Assembly: GCA_030390025.1 (NCBI GenBank)
Contig: JASTWF010000033.1
Location: forward strand, 1,056,001 to 1,120,000
Direction: 5' to 3'
DNA length: 64,000 nucleotides
Source: Squalus acanthias
Lineage: Eukaryota
Part shown: positions 13,455-25,119 of the stretch, piece by piece
Numbering within the stretch: the stretch's first letter is position 1
Layout: each line of letters begins with the position of its first letter
Notes under the pieces: model-generated
What the model was told of the DNA's origin: nothing
What the model saw: the letters and a program-made list of their open reading frames with translations, nothing else
Database searches by the model: none
Program-made: the position numbers and the translations under genes

Positions 13455-14235
13455 GGATGGGTAAACAACAAAAAACTGAGAGTTGTGGTTAACAGCTATT
13501 TTTTGCACTGGAATGATTTACACAGTGGTGATCCCCAGGGGTCAGTGTGGGCACCATTGGTTTTCTCAATATATGTGGTTATGATTGACCTGAATTTGTG
13601 TTTTGAGGTCACAATAACAAGCATTGCAGCTTTCACAAAGATAAGGAGTGAGGTTAACCATGAAGAGGACTGTAGAGAACTACAGGAGGAGAGAGACAGA
13701 TGAGCAGATTGGACAGGTAGATGTCAGATGGAAATTAATGCAGAGAGATGTGAGGTGAGAAGAATAAGGAGAGGAAATAGAGACTATACGATAAAACTGT
13801 AAAAGGAGTGGAGGAGCAGAGAGATTCAGGGATTCAGATAGACAAATCTTTAATTGTGGGAGGCAAGTTGATAAAGCTGTTTTACAAAATTCCACATGGG
13901 ATCCGACGAATTATAAATAAGGACACAGAGTATAAAAGCAGAGTTAAAGCTACACCTGGACAAATCATTGGTTCGGCCACAGTCAGAATATTGTCTCCAG
14001 TTTTTGGTGCATTGTTTTAGTAAGAATGTCAAAACCATGGAGAGGTGCAGAAGAGATTCACTAAGATGATCCCAAGGACGGGAGTCTTCACATAACTTTT
14101 CTTAAGAGTAGAGAAGTTGAAAAGGGGATCAGATAGAGGGGGTCAACATTTTGAGGGGGCTTTTAATGAAGTAACAGAAATAAACTATCCCCACTGGTTA
14201 GTGAGTCGGTAACTAGAGGATATCAATTTAAGACC
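13455..14235 (+). mobile_element. Old degenerate CR1 LINE RT fragment
   Basis: Translation SGDPQGSVWAPLVF resembles the CR1 RT motif SGVPQGSVLGP; many stops. Confidence 0.8.
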
Positions 14236-14249
14236 AAAATAATTGAGTG

Positions 14250-14440
14250 ACAGGTTGATTTTTCCTTTTCTGCACAATGTCTTCCTGAACACATTTACAA
14301 TCTCATTACTGTTTGTCAAACCTCCTACTTTTGTGCCATCAGCAAATGTTCAGATTGTGCTCCTGATTCCTAAATCCGAACAGTCTCTGTATATGGAGAA
14401 GAAAAGTGGGCCCAGCACTGGCCCCTGGGATCTCAGGATT
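14250..14440 (-). mobile_element. Degenerate CR1 RT fragment
   Basis: Reverse complement contains PQG.VLGP- and FADxTK-like coding sequence. Confidence 0.65.
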
Positions 14441-14459
14441 GCTACCAGTGCCATGTGCT

Positions 14460-17400
14460 AGTCAGAGTAGAAATTGGAGGATATTTCAAATGAATACGTG
14501 GCGAGAGGAATGGTGCAAGGTCGAGGGATTCAAATTCCTGGGACATCGGAACCGGTTCTGGGGGAGGTGGGACCAGTACGAACCGGACGGTCTGCACCTG
14601 GGCAGGGCTGGGACCGCTGTCCTAGGGGGAGTGTTTGCTAGTGCTGTTGGGGAGGATTTAAACTAATGTGGCAGGGGTTTGGGAACCTGAGCAGGGAGAC
14701 AGAGGAAAGCATGTCAGGATGGGACAGAAGGTATGCAGTAAAAGGTAAAGTGTTAAATAAGGAAAAAGCAGGAAGTAAGTGTCGCAAAACACATTTGAAA
14801 GTTCTTTATCTGAATGCACGTAGCATTCGTAACAAAATTGACGAGTTAACGGCACAAATAACTATGTATGGGTATGATCTTGTGGCCATTAGGGAAACAT
14901 GGCTGCAGGGTGACAACGTCTGGGAATTAAATATGCCAGGGTATTTAACAATCAGGAAGGACAGGCAGGAAGGAAGGGGAGGGGGGGATGGCTATGTTAA
15001 TAAAGGAAGGAATCACTGTAAAACAGAGAAATTATATTGGGTCAAAAGATCAGGATAATGAAAGAGTTTGGGTAGAGATTAGGAATAATAAGGGGAAAAA
15101 AACACTGGTGGGCGTAGTATATAGGCCTCCTAATAGTTGCAACTCTGTTGGAAGAAGTATTAATCAGGAAATAGTTGGGCCATGTAATAAGGGAACAGCT
15201 ATAATTATGGGGGATTTTAACTATCATATTAACTGGACAAATCAAATTGGGCAGGGCAGCCTTGAGGAAGAGTTTATTGAGTGTCTTAGGGATGGATTTC
15301 TTGAGCAGTATGTAACTGATCCTACAAGGGGGCAAGCAGCCTTGGACCTGGTACTGTGTAATGAGTCTGGATAAATTAAAAAGTCCTAGTTAATGATCCC
15401 CTTGGAATGAGTGACCATAACATGGTTGAATTCCATATCCAATTAGAGGGTGAGAAGGTTGGTTCTCAAACAAGCATACTGAGCTTGAATAAAGTAGACT
15501 ATGATGGCATGAGAGCAGAATTGATTAAAGAGGACTGGGAAAATAGATTAAAGGGTAAGACGGTACATGAGCAGTGGTGTTCATTCAAGGAGTTATTTTA
15601 CAACTTTCAAAATAAATACATTCCACTGAGGAAAAAAGGGTGTAAAAGAAATGACAGCCATCCATGGCTAAGTAAAGAAATTAAAGAAAGTATCCAACTA
15701 AAAACAAGGACATATAAGGTAGCCAAAGTTAGTGGGAGGATAGAAGATTGGGAAGTCTTCAAAAGACAACAAAAAGTAACTAAAGGATTGATTAAGAAAG
15801 GGAAAATAGACTATGAAAATAAATTAGCAAAAAATATAAAAACAGATAGCAAGAGTTTCTATAGTTATATAAAAAGAAAAAGGGTGGTTAAGGCAAACGT
15901 AGGTCCCTTAGAGGATGAGACCGGAAAATTAATGGTGGGAAACATGGAGATGGCAAAAATGCTGAACAAATATTTTGTTTCAGTCTTTACGGTAGAGGAC
16001 ACTAAGAATATCCCAACACTGGACAAACAGGGGGCTCTAGTGGGGGAGGAGCTAAATACGATTAAAATTACTAAGGAATTGGTACTCAGTAAAATAATGG
16101 GACTCAAGGCGGATAAATCCCCTGGACCTGATGGCTTACATCCTAGGGTGTTGAGGGAAGTGGCAGTAGGAATTGTGGATGCTTTGGTAATAATTTTCCA
16201 AAACTCCCTGAACTCAGCAAAGATCCCGGCAGATTGGAAAACTGCTAATGTAACACCCTTATTTAAAAAGGGTTGTAGGCAGAAGGCTGGAAATTATAGA
16301 CCAGTTAGCCTAACATCTGTGGTGGGTAAAATTTTGGAGGCTATTATTAAGGAGACAGTAACGGAACATTTAGATAAACATAATTTAATAGGACAAAGTC
16401 AGCATGGCTTTATGAAGGGGAAGTCATGTCTGACAAATTTACTCGAGTTCTTTGAGGACATAACGTACAGGGTGGATAAAGGGGAACTAGTGGAAGTAGT
16501 GTATTTAGACTTCCAGAAGGCATTCGACAAGGTGCCACATAAAAGATTATTACTCAAGATAAAAAATCACTGAATTGGGGGTAATATTCTGGCATGGGTG
16601 GAGGATTGGTTATCTAACAGGAAGCAGAGAGTTGGGATAAATGGTTCATTCTCGGACAGGCAACCAGTAGCCAGTGGTGTTCCGCAGGGGTCGGTGCTGG
16701 GTCCCCAACTCTTTACAATCTATATTAACGATTTGGAGGAGGGGACCGAGTGTAACATATCAAAGTTTGCAGATGATACAAAGATAGGAGGGAAAGTAGA
16801 GAGTGAGGAGGACATAAAAACCCTACAAGGGGATATAGACAGGCTGGGTGAGTGGGCAGAGATTTGGCAGATGCAATACAATATTGGAAAATGTGAGGTT
16901 ATGCACTTTGGCAGGAAAAATCAGAGAGCAAGTTATTATCTTAATGGCGAGAAACTGGAAAGTACTGCAGTACAAGGTGATCTGGGGGTCTTGGTGCAAG
17001 AAAACCAAAAAGTTAGTGTGCAGGTGCAGCAGGTCATCAAAAAATCCAATGGAATGTTGGCTTTTATTGCTAGGGGGATATAATATAAAAACAGGGAGGT
17101 ATTGCTGCATTTGTATAGGGCATTGGTGAGACCGCACCTGGAGTACTGCATACAGTTTTGGTGTCCATACTTAAGATAAGACATACTTGCTCTCGAGGCA
17201 GTACAAAGAAGGTTCACTCGGTTAATTCGGGGATGAGGGGGTGGAATACGAGGAGAGGTTGAGTAGATTGGGACTCTACTCATTGGAGTTCAGAAGAATG
17301 AGAGGCGATCTTATTGAAACATATAAAATTGTGAAGGGGCTTGATCGGGTGGACGCGGTGAGGATGTTCCCAATGATGGGTGAAACTAGAACTAGGGGAC

Positions 17401-17810
17401 ATAATCTTAGAATAAGGGGCTCCTCTTTCAAAACTGAGATGAGGAGAAACTTTTTCACTCAGAGGGTAGTGGGTCGGTGGAATTTGCTACCCCAGGAAGC
17501 TGTGGAAGCTACTTCATTAAATAAATTTAAAACAGAAATAGACCGTTTCCTAGAAGTAAAGGGAATCAGGGGTTACGGGGAGCGGGCTGGAAATTGGACA
17601 TGAGTTTGAGTTCGGATCGGTCAAGGCCCTGTGGTTGGCGGAGCGGGCCCATGGGCCGAGTGGCCTGGTCCTGCTCCTGCTTCATGTGTTCTTTAGAGTT
17701 CAGGTTGGATCAGATCAGCCATGATCTCATTGAATGGCGGAGCAGGCTCGAGGGGCCGATTGCTCTACTCCTGCTCCTATTTCTTATGTTCTTATGTTCT
17801 TATGTTCTTA
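14460..17810 (+). mobile_element. CR1 (HER1-like) LINE, 5'-truncated: end of ORF1 (SGNH esterase-like), disrupted ORF2 (APE endonuclease + RT), 3' UTR and (TTCTTATG)n tail
   Basis: DGLHL esterase motif (ORF 14406-14666); LNARSIRNK, ETWL, GDFN, SDH endonuclease motifs; PGPDG, QHGF, YLDFQKAFD, PQGSVLGP, FADD RT motifs; ORF2 split by frameshifts and stops (16571, 17081). Confidence 0.95.
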
Positions 17811-18221
17811 TAACCACTTCCAACCCTTCACCAATCTGAGCAACTCCCATTAACGCTGACCCTCTGTTTCCTGTCCTCCGCCAACTTTCTCCCCGCACTG
17901 TTCCACTTCCTTTTAACCTGCCCACCTGAACAGAGTGGCCATTACCCCGGGGATCCCCCAGTTACCTTCAGACCGTTGCTCGCCATGTCCCTGATTTCAC
18001 TGGACGTCCTTCACAGTCTCATCGAATTGTCTCGATGTCTCCCGGCCATGTGATCATCCAAAGCAGTTTCCAGTCGGAATGAAGTATTCTCCGGAACATT
18101 TCATCTCCGCTCAAAATTCCTTCTCAAAATTCCTGGAAGTTCCGGCACGATTTCTCCTGTGGAAGAAAGACACATCGGGTTAGGGGACGGAAGAATTAAG
18201 GACCATTCTGATGTACTCGGT

Positions 18222-18762
18222 GTCGGCCTTGGCTCATTGGTAACTCTCGCTTCTAGAATCATAAAGGTTGTGTGTTCAAGCCCCCCTCCAGAGAGTTAAG
18301 CACAAAATCCAGGCTGAAACTGCAATGGAGTGCTGAGGGAGTGCCGCTCTGTCGCAGGTGCCGTCTTTTGGATGGGACTTTAACCCGAGGCCCTGTCTGC
18401 ACTCTCAGGTGGACGTAAAAGATCCCACGGCACTATTTCGAAGAAGAGTGGCCGAGTTCCCCCCGGGGCCCGGGGCCAATATTTCTCCCTTGACCAATAT
18501 CACTGAAGCGATTATTTGGCCATTGCCCACAGTGCTGTGTGTGGGATCTTGCTGTGTCGACAGTGCTGTGTGTGGGATCTTGCTGTGCCCACAGTGCTGT
18601 GTGTGGGATCTTGCTGTGTCCACAGTGCTGTGTGTGGGATCTTGCTGTGCCCTAAGTGCCTGCCGCTTTTCCTGGAGTGAGCTCCCTTCACAAGCCCCCC
18701 ATTGTGTGTGAGGCTCTGGGCCGGGCTGAGGCCTGTGAAAGGCGCTGGGGAAATGCAGGTTG
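18222..18762 (+). mobile_element. tRNA-headed DeuSINE (SacSINE1-like) with an internal 30-bp tandem expansion
   Basis: A/B-box head (TGGCTCATTGG...GTTCAAGCC), Deu-domain-like AAAGATCCCACGGCACTATTTCGAAGAAGAG, L2-type tail GTGAAAGGCGCT...AAATGCAGGT. Confidence 0.75.
18528..18650 (+). repeat. Four copies of a 30-bp minisatellite CACAGTGCTGTGTGTGGGATCTTGCTGTG(T/C)
   Basis: Directly visible tandem copies inside the SINE. Confidence 0.9.
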
Positions 18763-18849
18763 CCCCGGGCTCGCTCTAATCTCAGCGCCCGCCCGCTCTC
18801 TCTGGCCGGAGCCTAGAGCCGCCCCCTGACCCCTGACCCTCGCCCCCTG

Positions 18850-19000
18850 GTCAAACCGCCAATCAGGGCCCTCTGATGTCATCGAGCATTGTTGGCGGCA
18901 CCGGGCGACCGACCGCCATCTGGTGTGACCCAGCTCACTGCGCATGCGCGCTGTTTACGGCCATGAAACCGCGCAATTAAAAGGAAAAGTGACGTCATTT
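18850..19000. promoter_or_regulatory. CpG-rich promoter-like motif cluster (CCAAT, YY1-like, NRF1-like, CRE); duplicated at about 20215-20365
   Basis: CCAAT 18859-18863, CGCCATCT 18914-18921, TGCGCATGCGC 18939-18949, TGACGTCA 18990-18997. Confidence 0.45.
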
Positions 19001-19054
19001 TCCAGCAAAATCACCGCTCGCTCTGAACCGAGAGACTGAAAGTTTGTCCCGCGC

Positions 19055-19400
19055 CACTGTCTGTGTGGAGTTTGCACATTCTCCCCGTGTCTGCGTGGGT
19101 TTCCTCCGGGTGCTCCGGTTTCCTCCCACAGTCCAAAAATGTGCGGGTTAGGTTGATTTGGCTATGATAAATTGACCCTTAGTGTTAGCGGGGGATTAAA
19201 TATGTGGGGTTTGGGGATAGGATGGGATATGTTAGGGGGAATTAAATACATGGGGTTGCGGGGGTAGTGTGGGATGTGGGGATTAAAGCAGGGACAGGGT
19301 ACTGGATTTGGATGATCAGCCATGATCGTATTGAATGGTGGAGCAGGCTCGACGGGCCGAATGGCCTACTCCTGCTCCTGGATTCTATGTTTCTATGTTT
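19055..19400 (+). mobile_element. 5'-truncated HE1 V-SINE
   Basis: V-domain CTGTGTGGAGTTTGCACATTCTCCCCGTGTCTGCGTGGGTTTCCTCCGG plus CR1-derived tail ending TTCTATGTTTCTATG; absent from the paralog near 20420. Confidence 0.9.
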
Positions 19401-19533
19401 GAAGCGGCGGCTCATCGGGTGCGTGAGGTGCGCATGTGCGAACTCTGCTCCCAGAATGCAGCGCGGCCTGTGTCACAGAGATAGGGGCCTTTCCCTGGCG
19501 CTCTGCATTGTGGGACCTGCAGCCGCCATGGCA

Positions 19534-19606
19534 GCCCGGTTACAAATATTTCAAGAGCGTTCGACTGATGATCTGAAGGTCCCTGGTTCAATCCTTGGTT
19601 TCGCCA
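19534..19606 (+). pseudogene. tRNA-Phe-derived pseudogene (anticodon GAA to GAT, A box lost)
   Basis: 3' two-thirds match tRNA-Phe (AGAGCGTT.GACTGA.GATCT.AAGGTCCCTGGTTC.ATCC..GGTTTCG.CA); 73 nt. Confidence 0.8.
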
Positions 19607-19714
19607 ATTTTGTTTAATTTGTTTTTCCTTCACTATAAGGGGAGAGAATCAGGAGAGATGTTCCGCTCTTGAACCCACGCCTCCCAGACCAATGGCAGTG
19701 AACTTGGTCCCCTC

Positions 19715-20190
19715 ATCTATGATTTGGGAGTGGGGACCAAATGTAATATATCCAATTTGCTGACGATACAAAGCTTCGTGGGAATGTAACTTGTGAGGAG
19801 GATGCAAGGAGTCTTCAAGGGGATATAGACGGGCTAAGTGAGTGGATAAGAACATGGCAAATGGAATATAATGTAGACAAATGTGAAGTTATCCACTTTG
19901 GTAGGAAAAACAGAAAAGCAGAGTATTTTTGAAATAGTGAGAGATTGGGAAATGTTGTTATTCAGAGGGACCTGGCTGTCCTTGTACAAGAATCATTGAA
20001 AGTTAACATGCAGGTACAGCAATCAATTAGGAAAGCAAATGCTATGTTGGCCTTTATTACAAGAGGATTTGAATTTAGGAGTAAAGACTTCATACTGCCA
20101 TTATATGGGGCCCGGGTGAGACCACACCTGCACTCCATCTATGGCAAGTATATCTTTCCTTAGATGAGGAGACCAAAACTGTGCACAATT
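19715..20190 (+). mobile_element. CR1 RT fragment with short inverted pieces at both ends
   Basis: FADDTK...DIDGLSEW...QRDL coding remnants; 20130-20190 is CR1 on the minus strand. Confidence 0.8.
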
Positions 20191-20561
20191 CTCGCCTGAC
20201 CCTCGGCCCCTGGTCAAACCGCCAATCAGGGCCGTCTGATGTCATCGAGCATTGTTGGCGTCACCGGGCGACCGACCGCCATCTTGGTGTGACCCAGCTC
20301 ACTGCGCATGCGCGCTGTTTACGGCCTTGAAACCGCGCAATTAAAAGGAAAAGTTACGTCAGTTTCCAGCAAAATCACCGCTCGCTCTGAACCGAGAGAC
20401 TGAAAGTTTGTCCCGCGCCGCAGAGATAAAGCGGCGGCTCATCGGGTGGGTGAGGTGCGCATGTGCGAACGCTGCTCCCAGAGTGCAGCGCGGCTTGTGT
20501 CACAGAGATAGGGGCCTTTCCCTGGCGCTCTGCATTGTGGGAGCTGCAGCCCGCCTTGGCA

Positions 20562-20634
20562 GCCCGGTTACAAATATTTCAAGAGCGTTCGACTGATGAT
20601 CTGAAGGTCCCTGGTTCAATCCTTGGTTTCGCCA
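20562..20634 (+). pseudogene. tRNA-Phe-derived pseudogene, duplicate of 19534-19606
   Basis: Same sequence as the first copy, within a local duplication. Confidence 0.8.
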
Positions 20635-20799
20635 ATTTTGTGTAATTTCTTTTTCCTTCACTATAAGGGGAGAGAATCAGGAGAGATTTTCCGCTCTTGA
20701 ACCCACGCCTCCCAGACCAATGGCAGTGAACTTGGTCCCCTCATCTATGATTTGGAATTGGGGACCAAATGTAATATATCCAAGTTTGCTGACGATACA

Positions 20800-21215
20800 A
20801 ATTATAAGAATGAGAGGTGATCTCATTGAAACATACAACATTCTTACAGTGCTTGACAGGTTGTATGCAGGGATAATGCTTCCCCTGGCTGGGGAGTCTA
20901 GAACCAGGGGTAAAAGTCTCAGAATAAGGGGTTGGCCATTTAGTACTGAGATGAGAAGAAATTTATTCACTCAAAGGGTGGTGAATCTTTGGAATTCTCT
21001 ACTCCGGAGGCCTGTGGAAGCTCAGTACTTGAGTATATTCAAGGCAGAGATCGACAGATTTTTCAATATTAAATGAATCAATTATGTTCTTATGATATGG
21101 GGATAGTGCAGGAAAGTGGAGATGAGGTAGAAGATCAGCCATGATTGTATTGAATGGAGGAGCAGCTTTGGAGGCCAAATGGACTACTCCTGCTTCTTTT
21201 CTTATGTTCTTATGT
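20800..21215 (+). mobile_element. CR1 3' end with (TTCTTATG)n tail
   Basis: RMRGDLIETY...FTQRVVNLWNSL and a typical 3' UTR. Confidence 0.9.
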
Positions 21216-21568
21216 GTAAACCACATCTGACCCTCTGGATCCAGCTCCAGCCGCCCGCTGCGGGTTCGAGTCCGGTTGTGGTGACAGCGGCTCAGGGTCC
21301 CACCAACTGGTTTTATATCGGGACAGTGTTTGATGGAGGGGCTGTTCAGCGGTGGTGTGAGAATAGTTTTTAGAATGAGGTTTGTTAGATTAAAGAGCTC
21401 TTTTTCTGTTACTTTCGCTTTACGTTCTGCCCAGTTGTATATACGAACAGTTGACAATGTTTAAGCGATGTCGGGTGTTCAATGTTTGTGCAGTAACTCT
21501 GTCACCCAGTGTGAGCCTGAAAGACAATCCCCCAGCCTGTGTCCGAACCTATCCAACGGGTGCTTTGT

Positions 21569-21642
21569 GGGCGATTACCTCAGTTGGTGAGAGCGTGGTG
21601 CAAATAACGCCAAGGTCACGGGTTTGATCCCAGTACGGGCCA
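21569..21642 (+). tRNA. tRNA-Ile(AAT)-derived gene, probably a pseudogene
   Basis: 74-nt match to tRNA-Ile AAT with substitutions including U33 to A and B-box TTCG to TTTG. Confidence 0.75.
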
Positions 21643-21784
21643 TCCGAATATTTTCATAATTTTAAGGCTATCGTAACATTTAAAATACAAACTTTATTAG
21701 GAAACAATTCCACACCGAATCTCACGGGGGAATTATTTGGATTAACATCCATTGCACCTTTGACACCGGGGCGGAGAGACACAT

Positions 21785-22250
21785 AGACCATAGAATCATA
21801 GATTGATACGTCACAGAAGGAGGCCATTCGGACCATCAAGTCAGCGCTGGCATTTTGAAAGAGCTCTCCAATTAGTCCCACTCCCCTGCTCTTTCCCCAC
21901 AGCCCTGCAAATTTCTCCGATTCAATTATTTATCCATTTCTCTTTTGAAAGTTACTATTGAATCTGCTTCCACTGCCCTTTCAGGCAGCGCATTCCCAAT
22001 CAGAATAACTCGCAGCGTAAAACATGTTTTCTCATCTCCCCTCTCATTCTTTTGCCGGTTATCTTCAATCGGTGTCCTTTGGTTACCGAACCTCCTGCCA
22101 CTGGAAAAAGTTTCTGCTTATTTACTCTATCAGAACCCCTTGTAATTTTGAAAACCTCTCTTAAATTTCCTCTTAATATTCTGAGGAAAACAATACCAAC
22201 TTCTACAGTCTCTCCACATAACTGAAGTCCCTCATCCCTGGGACCACTCT
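21785..22250 (-). mobile_element. CR1 3' end
   Basis: CATAGAAT tail repeats, 3' UTR AGAAGGAGGCCATTCGG, RT C-terminal remnant. Confidence 0.85.
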
Positions 22251-22274
22251 GTGATACGTCAAACTGAGGCTCTC

Positions 22275-22410
22275 GCTCTGTGTGTCTGTCTCTGTTTCAG
22301 TGTCGCTATCTGTCTCTCTCTTTGTCTCTGTCTCTCTCTTTGTCTCTTTCTCTCTTTTTGTCTCTGTCTCTCTCTACGTCCTTCTCTACTCTCTCTTTCT
22401 CACTCTGTTC
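22275..22410. repeat. Degenerate (TC/TG) microsatellite
   Basis: Visible CT-rich low complexity. Confidence 0.75.
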
Positions 22411-22451
22411 ACAGCTCGACTGTTCCTCTGACAGATTCTACATCTGTTAGT

Positions 22452-22508
22452 TCCTCGTTAGTATAGTATCCCCGCCTGATCACGCGGGTTCAATTCCCCG
22501 ACGGGGAA
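22452..22508 (+). pseudogene. tRNA-Asp(GTC) pseudogene with two internal deletions
   Basis: TCCTCGTTAGTATAGT-ATCCCCGCCTG(A)TCACGCGGG-TTCAATTCCCCGACGGGGA. Confidence 0.85.
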
Positions 22509-22654
22509 GACGCTTTTTAACATCCCCAATTTTAAACCTTTGGACAGCTCTTTAAAATGCTTCTTGGAAAAGGTGAACAGAAAAAAAGTAACTAAAAGAA
22601 TGTTAAATTATGTACTGGCATATGAAGATATGTAAAACAACTTCCTGCACCAAT

Positions 22655-22671
22655 TCCTCGTTACTATAGTG
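22655..22671 (+). pseudogene. tRNA-Asp 5' fragment
   Basis: TCCTCGTTACTATAGTG, with an upstream flank similar to that of the 22973 copy. Confidence 0.5.
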
Positions 22672-22972
22672 CTCCCTCTCTGTTTCCCTCTCCCTTTTGT
22701 GTGGGGCACGGAGGAGGGAGAGAGTGACAGAGATAATGAGATTAACAGGGTTACTCACAAAAAGCTGGGGTTTGGGGCTAAGCACGACTGCTCTTTCAAA
22801 GAGACAGCACAGGTATGACGGGCCGAATGGCCTCCCTCTGTGCTGCATGAATCCATGAAACTCAGATGGATATCTGAGACATACACACACAAAGAGAGCA
22901 CACACACATGTCTGTCTCTTTGTGTGTTTGAGCATTTGTCTCAAGCACTGCATAACTACTTCCTGAACCAGG

Positions 22973-23012
22973 TCCTTGATAGTATAGTGGTGAGTATTCA
23001 ATTCCCCGACGG
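22973..23012 (+). pseudogene. tRNA-Asp pseudogene lacking the anticodon arm
   Basis: TCCTTGATAGTATAGTGGTGAGTA joined directly to TTCAATTCCCCGACGG. Confidence 0.75.
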
Positions 23013-23418
23013 CTACTCTCTGTCTGTCTCTCTCTGTCTGAGAAAAGCACAGAAGGAAACAGATTTCAAGTGGATGCCTACCCGCACTTGTTGCTGTGGT
23101 TTCGCAAACATGTCTTTTGTGTTCTCACCTAAAAAATGTCATTTTGTACGAAAAGTTTGCCTGGCGTGAAAATTACCGTAATTTCACAAATGCTCATCCT
23201 TGCCTTCTGTAAAATTCCTGCTGTTTCAAAGTTAGCAGCAAATGACTCAACCTTTCTGTCAACATTTGGAACTAGACACTTTAGATGTTGCCCACATTTA
23301 ACTGCAGCTCACAGTGTCAGAACAGTCACAGTTATCAATAGTCTTTCATGTATCTTCTTGCCCACTACATCTCCCTAAAAAACTTAGCTTATCACAGCAC
23401 GGCTGTCAATCAATTCTT

Positions 23419-23892
23419 GAACTCATCGAGCAGAAACTGATAGCCAAGTTCCGCACCCATGAGGACGGCCTCAATAGGGATCTCGGGTTCATGTCACGCT
23501 ACAGAACATGACTCGACATCGTTGTCTGTCTTTCCAGTTTGAAAAAAAACACAAGAAAAACCAACCAAAAAAAAAAACCAAAAAAATTTAAAAGCTCAAC
23601 AGCAGAAGGCAACATTTGACACGTTGGACCCCCTGTGACCCACCTGATTGTCTTAGCTGTACTCTGATGTGTCTTTGATGTAATGCCTCCCTAACAGATT
23701 GTATCTCTGCAGACAAATCGCTCTCTGTGTATATATATTGTGTATTAGATTTCCTCACTCTACCTCTACCTGACGAAGGGGCAGCATCTCCGAAAGCTCG
23801 TAATTTTAAATAAAACTGTTGGACTATAACCTGATGTTGTGCGACTTCTCATTTTTGTCCACCCCAGTCCAACACCGGCATCTCCGCATCAT
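23419..23892 (+). mobile_element. 5'-truncated Penelope-like element (GIY-YIG C-terminus, 3' UTR, pLTR) with an 11-bp TSD
   Basis: IEQKLIAKFRTHEDGLNRDLGFMSRY; TSD AATCAATTCTT at 23408-23418 and 23893-23903. Confidence 0.9.
23767..23802 (+). ncRNA. Minimal hammerhead ribozyme motif in the Penelope pLTR
   Basis: TAC-CTGACGA-A-GGGG[CAGCAT]CTCC-GAAA-GC-TC-GTA. Confidence 0.7.
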
Positions 23893-24167
23893 AATCAATT
23901 CTTTGTCAGTGTGAAAAATGCAACATTTGAAACTTAGCAACGTGTGGAATCAGAGAGTGCCTTGGTCGCGGGCAGTGATAACTTATCCTGAGCATGAAGA
24001 TATTCATTAGGCCTGAGCCCTTCCTGTATTGCTCAGCAGCCCAATAAGTTAGGAACTAAGAGACCACAGGCTGGGGTTGGAGGCTGACCATTTTCATTTC
24101 TGTGTTGGGCTCAGCACCATACCAGCTGCTGAAGAATGAACTTAACATAATTTCAGGTTGGCTCGAG

Positions 24168-25072
24168 ATCATAGAGTCATAACGGCACAGAAGGAGGCCA
24201 TTCGGCCCATCGAGTCCGTGCCAGCTCTCTGCAGAGCAATCCAGTCAGTCCCATTCCCCCGCTCTATCCCAGAAGCCCTGTAAGTTTATTTCCCTCAAGT
24301 GCCTATCCAGTCTCCCTTTGAGAACATTGAGTTTCTCCGCTTCCAGCACTTCTGTCGGAAGCGACTTCCAGGTCCTCACCACTCGCTGCGTAAAATAGTT
24401 TTGTCTCACATCCCCCCTGTACCTCTTGCCCAAATCCTTAAAACTGTGTCCCCTCGTCCTTGTACCAAAACTAGTGGGAACAGCCTTTCCCCGTCTAGCC
24501 TATCCAAACCCGTCATAATCTTGTACACATCTGTCAAATCCCCCCTCAACCTCCATTCCTCTAATGAAAACAAATCCAGCTTCTCCAACCTGTCCTTTTA
24601 GCTAAGATCCCGGAACCATTCTGGTAAATCTCCTCTACACCCTCTCAAGGGCCTTCACATCCTTCCTATATTGTGGTGACCAGAGCTGGACGCAATACTC
24701 CAGTTGTGGCCTAACCAGCACTTTTAAAGGTTCAGCATAACTTACCTCTATTTATGAAGCCCAAGATCCCATATGCTTTGTTCACTACTCTCTCAATATG
24801 TCCTGCCACCTTCAGGGACCTATGCACATTAACTCCCAGGTCCTTCTGTCCCTGCACATTCTTTAAAACTGTGCCATTAAGTGTGTATTGCCTCTCCTTG
24901 TTCCTTCTGCCAAAATGCATCACCTCAGACTTGGCTGCATTAACTTCCGTCTGCCCATTCTGTTCGCTTTCCTATGTCCTGTTGCAGTCGATTGGTATCA
25001 TCCTCACTGTTTGCCACACCCCCACGTTTGGTGTCATTGGCAAAATTAGAAATTCTACTCTGTATTCCCCAA
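24168..25072 (-). mobile_element. CR1 3' portion, (ACTCTATG)n tail subfamily
   Basis: RT C-terminal translations (MEKLDLFSLEEWRLRGDL; FTQRVVRTW). Confidence 0.9.
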
Positions 25073-25119
25073 ACCTTGAATCTGTATCCCCTATTGCTTG
25101 TACCATTAGCAATTACAAA

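Noticed and set aside
6..13471. Long ORFs (up to 596 aa) of ERVSLRETVC, SHTLSL, poly-Pro or poly-Gly
   Set aside because: Translations of a 30-bp satellite and G islands; no domains or gene structure.
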